This document shows, piece after piece, positions 24,985-36,934 of a stretch of DNA of 64,000 nt. Position numbers and translations under genes: made by a program. Every line of letters begins with the position of its first letter. Positions within the stretch are counted from its first letter, which is position 1. Source of the DNA: Octopus sinensis (Eukaryota); contig NC_043020.1 of the NCBI RefSeq assembly GCF_006345805.1, forward strand, positions 17,732,001 to 17,796,000, given 5' to 3'. Below the pieces are notes generated by a model. That model saw only the letters and a list, made by a program, of their open reading frames with translations. It made no database searches and was not told the DNA's origin.

Positions 24985-25628
24985 TTTATTTTATTTCATC
25001 TAGTTTCAGCTCACGAGCTGTGGCCATGCTGGGGCACCGCCATTTGGTGTTGCTACATAATTTTACTTCACGAATGCTTTTTAGCAATTGACATTTGGTG
25101 CATGAGAGAGTTCGATGCAGCTGCTCTCATCTGCACCTCCTGCTGTGAAGTTGGCTCGTCTGGGACACCTGACAAGAAGAGGTCCAGCTTTATTTTGAAG
25201 ACACCTACATCCACCCCATGTAGGTCTCTCAGATCCTTCGGGAGGATATTAAAGAGCTGTGGACTTCTGAAGCGCAGGCTATTGCAGTATCTTGTCCTAC
25301 ATCTTGATGGCAAATTTGGAGTCCTTGGCACTATGAAGTGGCGCCCAGTTCTAGTATTTGTGTAACTCTCAATGCCAAAGTTTGGGACAAGTCCTTCCAG
25401 GATCTTCCAGAAGTGTTTTATGGCATATCTTTCTCGACTACACTCTAAGGAATAGAGTCTTAATCTCTTGAGTCTTTCACAATAGCTTATATGCTGCATA
25501 CAGGCTATCTTCTTTGTGTAGCTTCGTTGGATTGCCTCAAGTTCTGAGATTAATTTGACATTGGTTGGTGACCATAGCTGAGAGCAATAGTCAAAGTGGC
25601 TTAGGACAAGTGTCCTCCAGAGGACCAA
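24985..25628 (-). mobile_element. 5'-truncated CR1-type LINE: ORF2 C-terminus plus 3' UTR and tail
   Basis: ORF 25068..25628 (LVLSHFDYCSQLWSP...LEAIQRSYTK...YCERLKRLRLYSLE...LFNILP...FKIKLDLFL) matches the CR1-clade post-RT signature; followed by GGCGGTGCCCCAGCATGGCCACAGCTCGTGAGCTGAAACTAG and an A-rich tail. Confidence 0.9.
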
Positions 25629-26092
25629 TAATTTTAAAAAAACGATTATTCTATGTATATTCTCTGTTTTCTATAGACTATTAATTATATATAAGACGGG
25701 CTTCTTTCAGTTTCCATCTACCAAATCCACTCACAAGGCTTTGGTCAACTCAAGGCTATAGTAGAAGACACTTGCCCAAGGTGCCACACAGTGGGACTGA
25801 ACCTGGAATCATGTGATTAGGAAACATGCTTCTTACCACACAGTCAAACCTGTACCATTTGACAAAAATAAGGCCAGGAATGGTCACAGGTAGAAATCCT
25901 TTCATCATAGATCAATAGCCCTAACAAACTAAAAGCCCTCTATATTGTCAGTCAACTCACGAGAAATAGCAGCCAAATTCTCTCGCTCTCCCCTTTCACT
26001 CTCTCTCTCCAAATCACATTCTATTGTCTTAACGTTTTGGCATTCAGATTATTCTTTCATATACCTTACTTATTTATTTACATTGTTTTTAA

Positions 26093-26490
26093 ATAGGCAT
26101 AGGAGTGGCTGTGTGGTAAGTAGCTTGCTTACTAACCACACAGTTCTGGATTCAATCCCACTGCGTGGCACCTTGGGCAAGTGTCTTCTACTATAACCTC
26201 GGGCCGACTAAAGCCTTGTGAGTGGATTTGGTAGACGGAAACTGAAAGAAGCCCATTGTATATATGTATATATACGTATCTACGTATGTGTATATGTTTG
26301 TGTGTCTGTTTGTCTGCCCCCAACATCGCTTGACAACTGATGCTGGTGTGTTTACATCCCCATAACTTAGCGGTTCGGCAAAAGAGACCGATAGAATAAG
26401 TACTAGGCTTACAAAGTATAAGTCCTAGGGTCAATTTGCTCGACTAAAGGCAGTGCTCCAGCATGGCCACAGTCAAATGACTGAAACAAT
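26093..26490 (+). mobile_element. tRNA-derived SINE family A (internal AT/GT microsatellite, CR1-like 3' tail), full length
   Basis: A box TGGCTGTGTGG, B box GATTCAATCCC, CORE-like CACCTTGGGCAAGTG, tail GGCAGTGCTCCAGCATGGCCACAGTCAAATGACTGAAAC. Confidence 0.9.
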
Positions 26491-28581
26491 TGAGAGAATA
26501 AACAATCATGCATTATCTCATACCTTTGGCATTTCAATGACATGATTTTTTTTCTATTTTTGAAATGACATTCTAGGGTTGGTGCAAGAGGCTGGATCTG
26601 ACCAGTTTGTACATAATTCAGGCACAATACTTGGATTTGATTGGTTTAAATGCTAAAGAGTTAAAAAAGGAAGAACACATTGGATAATGTAGTCTGGGTA
26701 GAAAAAAAAAAAGAAGCAAAATGGCATGATAATAAGTCCTTTTGATCATTAGTAGGTCTGCTTCATCAAAGATAACCTGGGCTAAGCAACAGCGCAATTA
26801 TCATCGCCTTCATTACCAAAATGTTCCTCACACCCACCCGTCTACTTACCTACCCACTTATTACACCTTTTTCTTTCTGTTTTTTGGGGGGCTTTTTTTT
26901 CGTTAATCATTTTAACTATCTTTACTATCCACATGTGTTCAGTGTGTGTGTGCGCGCGTGTGTGTGTGTATACATGTGTGTGTGTATGTGTCAGTCAACA
27001 TCGGGGTGAATGGGGGTAATAGGTGGAGGCAAGGGGAAGAGGATATGGAAGTAAAAGTAAAACCTTTCATTGATTTGTCTCCTCCCCCTTCTCTCCCCAT
27101 CTCACACACACACACACACACACTCTCCTTTTTTCTCTTCAATTCCCCTTCAGTTTTTTTTTCTTTTTTTGCTATTTTTATCCCTTCTCAATTCTCCCCC
27201 ACCTCACCCATCTGCACTCCTTGTTATCCCCCAGACATCCATTCCACATAATCCCTTACAAATAACGGTTTATCTATCTGCTGCCACTTTTTGATTCCAA
27301 CCAAAGCCTCCTTTATTCCATCTCCCGGCCACCACAATAAACGGTGGGTGGGAGATAGGGGTGGAGAGTTTAACAAGCTTTTATGTAAGTACACACACAC
27401 ACACACTCACACACACACACACACACTCTCACACACACACACTCTTACACACACACACACACACTCTCACACACACACACACTCTCACACACACACATGC
27501 ATATTTGTATGTATTTTATTTTTAATTTATTCATTGCTTCATTCTGTCATTAATGTTTTAATGGTGAAGAGGGTGAGGTAGACATGGTCCTTATATCTAA
27601 ACAATATCGCTACTGTTCCAGTTAACGTTTTCCCTTCTTCCTCTCCCTCACTCCATCTCTCCACCACCACCACTACCACCATATTATGTAGAGGTAGGGT
27701 TTCTGGTCCATCCACCCCATGGGCCAGCCAACTATCTGTATTTTTGTCTTAATTTTCGCCTATCAATGTGTATGGGTGTTCACATGTGTCTGTGTGTTCA
27801 TGTGTGTGTCTGTGTGTTCACGTGTGTGTCTGTGTGTTCACGTGTGTGTCTGTGTGTGGGTTTCTTTGTGAGGTGTATAAACGGGCGTGTTTGTATGTGT
27901 GTGTATATGTATATGCATACGTACGTGCAGTTGTGTATGCTTGTGTGTCTATGTATGTCTATAAGAGTGTAGGTAATGATGAGAGCATAGTTTGTACAGG
28001 CACGTGTATGCGTGTATCCGTGTGTGTGTGTGAGAAGGAAGATCTATCTTGTATTGACAACAACAGTAATGGATTATGGGTATGTGTGTGGTTGAGAGAT
28101 AAAAATATAATTTGGTGGGTGGGTACGAGAAGGAGAGTGAAACAAGATAGAGAATGAGGGAGGGTCTGTGTGTAGATGTGTGCGTAAAATGCTATTTCTA
28201 CAAGGCTATGTTCTGTCCTCCATCCAAAGTCGGTCTTTGTAATTTACCAAAGACATCAAACACTGGAGCAGAGGGGGAAGTATTGGAGCCGGTACTTTGG
28301 TTGGGGTGGGAGCCATATCTACCAAACAGAGATATTTCTTCCAGTTAATTAAAGAAATCTAGATTTTTTTTTCCTCTTCTTTTCCCCTCAAATTCTTTAT
28401 TTTCTTGTCTTTTTCTTTCTCCTTTACCTTCTTTCTGTCTTTCCTTCCTTTGGAATTATAATGGAACTTTGTTGTCATAGTCAACACTTAGTTTTTTTTC
28501 TTCTTTTGCCACAATAGACATGGTGGCTCTAAAGGAAAGGTCCTGAACTAGTAATCATATGGCTATAAGTTCAAATTTTAC

Positions 28582-29170
28582 TGTGTCAGGGAAGCGCCAT
28601 TTCCTTTTTGTGCCTTATAATTTAACACACTCACCAGTAAAATTTCCACTTATTTCTTATTTTTATTTTCCTAAAATTTTCATTGCATCTTGCAACCTTT
28701 TCAATAGTCTTGACTATCTATTTTTTTATTGCCCACAGGGGGCTAAACATAGAGGGTCAAACAGTTTAAGTTGATTACATCGACCCCAGTGTGTAACTGG
28801 TACTTATTTAATCAACCCCTGAAAGGATGAAAGGCAAAGCCGACCTCGACGGAATTTGAACTCAGAATGTAAAGACAGATGGAATACCGCTAAGCATTTC
28901 GTCCAGCATGCTAACGATTCTGCCAGCTCGACGCCTTATAGTCTTGACTATTAGAGAGTCAAGTCTATTAAAAAGGTTGCAAGACACAACAAAAATTTTA
29001 AGAAAATAAAAACAAGAAATAAGTGGAAATTTTACCGGTGAGTGTGTTAAATTATAAGGCACAAAAAGAAAATGACTCTCCCCAGACACAAGAGAATATG
29101 CTTCAACACACAAACTCGGATAAAGAATCTTGCAAACCAAATCCAAAAACAAAATTCAAATTTTACAGCT
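28582..29170. mobile_element. Fold-back element (about 130-bp arms) with a SINE inserted at its centre
   Basis: 28582-28715 and 28958-29090 are inverted copies; a related deleted copy lies at about 23710-23830. Confidence 0.75.
28718..28937 (-). mobile_element. SINE family M with 14-bp TSD
   Basis: TSD ATAGTCTTGACTAT at 28704-28717 and 28938-28951. Confidence 0.9.
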
Positions 29171-29472
29171 TCTAGTAAACCTCATATCAATATATTTCAC
29201 ACCATGAAGATGACGAGCTGCAGAATCATTAGCATGCCAGGTAAAATGCTTAACAGCATTTCATCCATCCCTAAGTTCAGAGTTGAAATTCCTCTGAGGT
29301 TGACTTTGTCTTTCATCCTTTCAGGGTTGATAAAATAAATACCAGTTGAGTACTGGGGTCACTGTAATCCATTTATCCCCTTTCCCTAAACTTGTCACCC
29401 CTTGAATATAATCTGCTCCCTCTTAATAAACACACACTTATCAACTACTAGTTCAAGACATAACTTCATGTA

Positions 29473-29535
<63 letters not shown>

Positions 29536-30009
29536 AATGGAAATTGTATTTGTGATATCTGTACCGGTGGCACATAAAAAGCACCATCCGAATGTAGCTG
29601 ATGCCAGCGCTGCCTTGACTGGCTTCTGTGTCGGTTGGACTTAAAAAGCACCCACTACATTCACGGAGTGGTTGATGTTAGGAAGGGCATCCAGCTGTAG
29701 AAACACTTCCAGATCAGACTGGAGCCTGGTGCAGCCTCCCGTTTTCCCAGACCCCGGTCAAACCGTCCAACCCATGCTAGCATGGAAAACAGACGTTAAA
29801 CGATGCTGCTGATGATGATATATATATAATTTTCTCTATACATGTTTTTTGTTGTTAAATACTCTGAATTTCTTGAAATTCTGCAAAAGGCTATTTGGAT
29901 TTACCTGGGATATGTATTCTACTAACATTTCCTGGTATCTGATTGTTGAACATTCATAACCAAATTCTTTTAATACTGAATACTTTATTAATATTTGCCA
30001 GAATTTTTT

Positions 30010-32085
30010 AATCCCATTTTTTTCTCCACCACTGCCTCATCTCCGAAGGTTTCTACCTCCATTTCCACCCCACTCTCCACTCTGCTTCAGCCATCCAACC
30101 CATACTCCATACTACTTCTTACCACCTTATGCACACCACCATTCGTTCCAATCTCTCCAAATTACATACCATCAACCACCTCCATCTCGCTTATTCCATC
30201 TTCTTCTCCTTCCAATGCACATTCGGTTACATAATCCATTTAAATCATCTCTTCTGTGAATTTCTCGCTCGCGCTAAACAACGTAAACTCCTCGCTCCTC
30301 CATTCTGTCACTCGCAATGCCACTACCCCAACTCCTCCCCCACCCCTCCCTCCTCGATACACTTCCCCCTCATCCTCACTCCAACCCCCAACCCCTCTCT
30401 CTCCTCCCAGCCTTCCACTACCCCCACACCTGACCCATCCCCTCCTCTCCAGTTCAGTCTGTTGTTACCATTCCTCCTGATCTTCCCCTCTCTGAGCTGG
30501 TGCGCTCTCTTCTCAGTAGAAGTCTGCACTTCATCCCCCTCACTCCATCCAGTAACAAATTTCAGACTCGTGCTGATATTCATAGCTTTCTGTGCCATGT
30601 CAGGCTATATGCACTATTCCACAACACTCCACCTGCATCTAAGGAAGAAGACTGCTTCACCGACCTGGGCCACTGACCATCCCACTGGATGCCAGCTCTT
30701 GGCCAGTACCAAGTAGTCAATCATTTTGCAGGCATCTGTCAACTTGTAGACCAGTTTAATTTTCGCAGGCATCCCCGACATCTGAATATCTTCCCAGCTA
30801 AACTGTCGGCTCTTCGATGTCTCCGACACTGCAAAGACATTATCATAAAACCGGCCAACAAGAGTGGAGCCATGATGCATGGACCTCTACAAGGCTGAAG
30901 GTCTCTTCCAGCTTCAAGATACCTCCTTCTGTCCTCTGCTCTCCAACCCCATGCCTAGCTACCACAGATGGTATCCTCCACTATCCATGACCTCATCTCT
31001 CCTCCCGTCTCCCTCCCACCACCTCCAACCTCATTGTCCATATGCCCTGCACCACCACCATTAACTTCCTTCCCAAAATCCACAAACCCAACAACCCTGG
31101 CTACCTCATCATCTCCGCCTGTAACTGTCCCTTGGAACTGATCTCTAAATACCTCAACCATGTCCTTTCCCCTGCTAGTGGCTTCCCTTCCCTCCCACAT
31201 CCACAATACTAACCACGCTCTTTGTCTCTTCATCTCTTTCTCCTTCCCTCCTGGCCCCTCTAAACGTCTCTTACTCTTGATATCAAGAGTCTATATACAA
31301 TGATCCCACACCACGAAGGACTTCTTGCCCTCAAACACTTCCTAGACCCAACCTCCAACCTGACATGTCCTCACTTCTTCGTCTGGCTGAACTTGTTCTC
31401 TCCCTCAACTACTTCTTGTTTGCGGGGGAGTTTTACCAACAGATCTCAGAAGTGGCCAGGAATTAATCTTCTCTCTTCGCTCCTTTGCACCACATGGGCT
31501 CAACTCCCTGCCACTCTTCATCTGACTCCCCTCCTCTCCTTTCTTCATCTCACACCTACTTCCTATCTTCACTACTACCAACCTCACCTCCCTTGCCCTG
31601 ACAACTGCTTCCTCTCTTCACCCCTAAACATCCCACTCCCACATAACCCACCCCTACCCTACATCCTCACACCCCACCCTCGCATCCCCACACCCCAACA
31701 CCATACACCACCACCCCACACACACTAGCACTGACCATTTCCCATCATCCACACACCCACACATTACAGGTGCACATACTTACGCACACATCCACACATC
31801 AAAGTCACCAGCCCCTATCCACATGCACACGCACCTTCATTTTCCCCATCTTCCTAACTCTCCTGTCTAACTACCTTTATCCAGCCGGCCGCTATAATTG
31901 ACCACTAGCTCCAAAAGGTTTTTTTATTCTCTCTCTCTGTTTCCTCATGTTCCTTTCTGTTGAAGAGCATAGGCTTGAAACGTAAAAGACTTTCTCACCT
32001 TCTCGAGCATTAAACTAATACACATGTTTGTTGTTTATATATTTGTCTTCGTCTTTTGTTTTTCTGTAAATTTCAACTATATGTA
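30010..32085 (+). mobile_element. Decayed, internally deleted Penelope-like retroelement (Neptune-like RT) with 3' pseudo-LTR
   Basis: Frame-shifted pieces DIIIKPANKSGAMM, FLPKIHKPNNPG, FTLDIKSLYTMIPHHEGLLALKHFLD, LAELVLSLNYFLFAGEFYQQISEVA, then ELIFSLRSFAPHGLNSLPLFI* (stop 31523-31525), resembling a PLE C-terminus. The terminal repeat at about 31888-32085 is shared with 18450-18643. Confidence 0.85.
31953..31989 (+). ncRNA. Minimal hammerhead-like motif (type B, CUGUUGA core) in the PLE pseudo-LTR
   Basis: CTTT-CTGTTGA-A-GAGC(ATAG)GCTT-GAA-ACGT-A-AAAG. Confidence 0.5.
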
Positions 32086-32482
32086 TATATATATATATAT
32101 ATATATGTCACTAAAGTGACAAAGTGCACACATCAGTACCTGTACTGCTAGAAATAAGAGTCAAAACAATTCACAGAAGTACTAGCATTACTGGTGCTGG
32201 TTAGTGCCATTTGTCACTATATATATATACACACACACAGTGGTTATTGATTTCAGGCACACCCATAAACATTCATATTGGTGTGATGTGACATATACTA
32301 AGCTACATTGGTATGTGACCATAAGGTGTTTATCGCAATAATCTATCTTAGTAACCAGTCAGTCAGCTAAGTCAGTGTGGTTCAATAGTTAGCCTCAGGC
32401 CATAGCTAGATCTCTCTCTCTCTTTCTCTCTACATATATGTGTGTGTATGTATATGTGTGCGTATTATATCTATATGAGATT

Positions 32483-32715
32483 AAGGTGGCGAGCTGGCAG
32501 AAACATTAGCGCGCTGGGTGAAATGCTTAGTGGTATTTCGTCTGTCGCTACGTTCTGAGTTCAAATTCCACTGAGGTCGACTTTGCCTTTCATCCTTTCG
32601 GGGTCGATAAATAAAGTACCAGTTTCACACTGGGGTCAATATAATCGACTTAATCCCTTTGTCTGTCCTTGTTTGTCCCCTCTATGTTTAGCCCCTTGTG
32701 GGTAGTAAAGAAATA
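32483..32715 (+). mobile_element. tRNA-derived SINE family M, full length with 17-bp TSD
   Basis: A box TGGCAGAAAC, B box GAGTTCAAATTCC, body GCCTTTCATCCTTTCGGGGTCGATAAA (recalls the Meta central domain; unverified); TSD TATATCTATATGAGATT at 32466-32482 and 32716-32732. Confidence 0.9.
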
Positions 32716-34119
32716 TATATCTATATGAGATTTTGAAGATAAAGGATATACGTGTATCTTTTATCTTTTATTTGTTTCAGTCCTTGGACTGCAGCTATGC
32801 TTGAGTACCACCTTGAAATGTTTAATCCGAGAAATCAACCCCCTGTACTTATTTTAAGTCTGTTGTTTTTGTTTTATCGATTTCTTTAGCTGAACCCACT
32901 AAACTAAGCAACATTGGTTATCAGAGGGAGGAGGGGAACAAACACCAACATATACACACGCACATAAAACAGGCACCCACATAATTTCCATTTACCAAAT
33001 CCAGTCACAAGACTTTTGTCAGCCTGGGGTTGGAAGACACTTGCCCAAGGTGCAATACTGGGACTGAACTCTAAACCATGTGATTGGGAAGCAAACTTCT
33101 TAGCCACACAGCTATGCCTTGTCCATATATACCTATGCATAGAGAGAGAGGTACAACATCACATCCCTAGCATACACAATTAAATGGTAGTTCCTTGAAC
33201 AACTGGGTCTGTACGTCAATGGGAGTAAACAATGTAAGCTTTACTTGACCAAAAGAGCAAGAATCCTGAAAAACTCACTTGGCCCTGAGACCTTTTTAAA
33301 TTCCAAAAAAGAGGTAATTAGTCAGTGCCTTCATCAGAGGAAATTTGTGTTAGACACATGGAATTCCCCATTTGCCAACTAGATAAATGCTGCCATTTTC
33401 AGACACCTTTTGCAGGCCTGTCATTGGCATAACCAGAAGTGATATGAGGGGCATAACTCTGCCTCACCCATAGTTTTGCCAGTAGAGTTTTGTTTCAGTA
33501 TGTTTTTGTTTACAAAATTAACTCACCATGACAATTTTCTCTCTTTAGTTGTAGAGAGATTATATGACTCCAGCAATTTGAATCTGAAGTTACTTGTTAG
33601 CTAAGCTTTTTGCAGGTGCAAAGCCAATGATCACTCTCTGACCAGCCATAACAAACAACCATCTAAAGATATATACAAACAACATGCCACAAGCATGGGT
33701 GTGATGTGTATGTATGTATATATACACACTTACATATGTAAGTTTCATGCATATGTGTGTTCATCTTTAGACTTATCAAAAGCCACTGAGCTAAGATTAG
33801 TGATGTTATTATACCCACCATCATTAAATCAGCTGCTTGTTTTGTACCTTCAATGATATATTCAATAAGAGATCCCTTATTTATGAAACAAGTTAACAAC
33901 AGGAAGAACACCCAGCTGTAAATCATTTCCATTGTAATGATATGCTTGTTTATCCATGCTAGCATGAAGAAAAAACACATGTTCAAATGAATGAAATGCA
34001 TTTCATATGGTGATATTTAAGTAAAATAAATTTTACTTATACTTCCCAGGAACTAAAGATCTGAGACAAAAAAAAAAATAAGGTCCAAAATAGATTTATG
34101 TAAGAACCATTTAATAACT

Positions 34120-34348
34120 TTAACCCTTTCAATACCAACCCGGCTGAAACCGGCCCTGGCTCTGTAGTATAAATGTCTTGTTTTCATAAGCTTTAAATTA
34201 AAATCTTCCACCAAAACTTAGTCACAATTTATGTTCCTAACATTAGCTGAATAATAACTAAGTTATTTTACTAAATTCTTTGCGATATCTAAATTAATTG
34301 AAAGAAACACAGAGCATCTCAAAATAAATACAGTAACGAAAGGGTTAA
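34120..34348 (-). mobile_element. piggyBac-type MITE (family P2)
   Basis: TTAA-CCCTTTCAATAC ... GTAACGAAAGGG-TTAA. Confidence 0.85.
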
Positions 34349-35251
34349 TGTATTAATAAATAAAAACTTATGGTTGTTTGATGAGGCTTGTCTATTTACT
34401 TTACTTTGGCCAGGATCCTACTCGGTCTTCAAAGACAAAGCCATTTCACCAAGCATCTTGATTCCAGTATCACCACTTTCAGTTCATAGATAGAATCCAA
34501 TCCTGTCCTCTTTCAGGTTGTTAGTAAATGTCAGACAATGTCTCTCACATTTGCCTATCATCATCATCATCATCATCATTTAATGTTCATTATCCATACT
34601 GGCATGAGATTAGACAGTTTGACCAGGGCTGGCAAGCTGAGGGGCTGCACCAGACTCCAGTCTGATTTTTTGACATGGCTTTTACAGTTCGATGCCCTTC
34701 CTGACGCCAACCACTCTGAGAGTGCAATGAGTGCTTTTATGTGCCACCAATAAGTGTGCCAGTTGTGTGACACTGAGTTCCCAATTATTTTAATAGTTTG
34801 ATTGAAACACATGAGAGATATATTGTAGTTAGAAATAAAATAATGGTTTCAAATTTTGGCACAAGGCCAACAATTTCCAGGAGAAGGGGTAAGTCGATTA
34901 CAAGAATTTTACTTAGAGCACTAACGATCCTGCCAGCTCATCACCACCCTAATTATAAATATAATAATGAGAGTTAATTAAAACTAGAAGCATTAGATAA
35001 TGTAGTTCTTGATGCACTGTGTCTGGAGTAAGAAATGGATGGACTGGTCACAACAAGAATATCTTTAGCTATAAAGCCTGTACAATCAGGACAGACCTAG
35101 GGTTAAACAACTACAGTAATAACAAGAAGATAAATGAAGATGATAGCACCAATATACTGCCATACCATTCAATAGGTATTACCTTACTACAACCTCATTG
35201 AAGAAGACAATTGTATTCATTTCCACAGTACAAGTTAAGCTTGCACTTTCT

Positions 35252-35654
35252 TATTTCTTTGTTGCCCACAAGGGGCTAAACATAGAGGGGACAAACAAAG
35301 ACAGACAAAGGGATTAAGTCAATTACATCGACTCCAGTATGCAACTGGTACTTAGTTTATCGACCCTGAAAGGATGAAAGGCAAAGTCGACCTCAGTGGA
35401 ATTTGAACTCAGAACGTAACGGCAGATGAAATACCTATTTCTTTACTACCCACAAGGGGCTAAACACAGAGAGGACAAACAAGGACAGACAAACTGATTA
35501 AGTCGATTATATCGACACTAGTGTGTAACTGGTACTTATTTAATCAACCCCGAAAGGGTGAAAGGCAAAGTCAACCTTGGTGAAATTTGAACTCAGAACG
35601 TAGCAGCAGATGAAATAACGCTAAGCATTTCACCCAGTGTGCTAACGTTTCTGC
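35252..35654 (-). mobile_element. SINE family M tandem dimer (two bodies, one head)
   Basis: Junction ...gatgAAATACC|tatttctttactaccc...; the same architecture occurs at about 23255-23645. Confidence 0.8.
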
Positions 35655-35769
35655 TTCAAATTCCTCATTGTGCTTCAAGAATGGAGTTGTAGATGTAATA
35701 TGTTGTCAATTATAAAACCAGCTTTATTTTATAAAACCAGCTTTATTTTATAAGGTAGACACCTTGTCT

Positions 35770-35972
35770 GGCACCTGTGTCGGTGGCACATAAAATCACC
35801 CACTACACTCTCGGAGTGGTTAGTGTTAGGAAGGGCATCCTGCTGTAGAAACACTGCCAGATCTGACTGGCCTGGTGCAGCCTTCGGGCTCCCCAGACCC
35901 CAGTTGAACCATCCAACCCATGCTAGCATGGAAAGCGGACGTTAAACGATGATGATGATGATGATGATGATA
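35770..35972 (+). mobile_element. Short repeat family R with RTE-like 3' tail ending (GAT)n
   Basis: GGTGGCACATAAAA...TTAGGAAGGGCATCC...CCAACCCATGCTAGCATGGAAAGCGGACGTTAAACGATGATGAT. Copies at about 7762-7960, 29565-29818, 34555-34752, 36170-36330, 37143-37500, 42110-42290, 48838-49400 and 55555-55740. Confidence 0.75.
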
Positions 35973-36934
35973 GAGTTAGGTGACCTGTTAAAGATATAGT
36001 GTATTGCAATTCTCTTCTACTGCAAGACAGTTGTTTCTGCCCCACCACCACCACCACCATTATCATACTCCAGCTTCTCATCAGCTGGCACAAAGCCAAC
36101 CCACTCAGTACTACTCCTCTCCTCAGCTGAGAGAGTCTTGTCTACCAAGCTCCTTGATGACTTAGTTGTTGCTGGCATCATGTAAAAAGCACCCTGGGTA
36201 GTTTGTAAAGTTGTTGGCATTATGAGGAGCATCCAGCCATAGAAACCATGCCAAAACAGACAATAGAGCTTGGCACAGTCTTCCAGCATGGAAAATCGAT
36301 GTTTGCTGCTGCTGCTGCTGCCGCTGCTGCTGATGATGATGATGATCAGGTTAATGCCCTCATTTTGACTATTAAGCATTATTCCTGAAAAAAAAATGGT
36401 AGTGGTCACAGGTGGAACGGTTTTAACCATAAATGTATCTATTCAGTTAGGGCCAGCCTGGGGCTAAACAGCAGCTTCCAAATACACTTACCAACAATGG
36501 AACCTCTACATGATCATTTGATCTGCTAAAAGTAGAAGCTAAATTTCCTGCATATCACACTGTCTTAAAAAAAAGAAGAAATATTCATTGAATAATATAG
36601 ACCTCAGCACCTTGTACCTTTAAAGAGCAATTGTAAAGTTACATCTGTAATGTGCCTTGGGGTTTAAACAACAATAGCTCTCAAATGCAGAACTTCAAAT
36701 TCTTTTTTATTTTCTCAGTCATGCAACTGCAGCCAGACCAGGTCACTGACTTGAAGGAGTTTTGTAGTCAAATGAATCAACCCCAGTACTGATTTTTTAA
36801 AAAGCCTAGTACTTATTCTATTGGTCTCCTTTGCTGGACCACTAAATTGCAAGTACATAAACACAGCAACACTGATTGTCAAGCAGTGGTAGGGAACAAA
36901 CACAAAGACACTCAGTCATAAATATATATTGTAT

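Noticed and set aside
26101-26170. tRNA genes
   Set aside because: The A/B-box heads run directly into SINE bodies and I could not fold a complete cloverleaf; tRNAscan-SE would be needed to exclude one formally.
28190-28345. GC-richer unique patch as a coding exon
   Set aside because: Readings on both strands are short, terminate, lack suitable splice sites and resemble nothing I recognise.
30129-30716. 195-aa Pro-rich ORF as a host gene
   Set aside because: It lies within the C-rich decayed PLE and is an off-frame, low-complexity reading.
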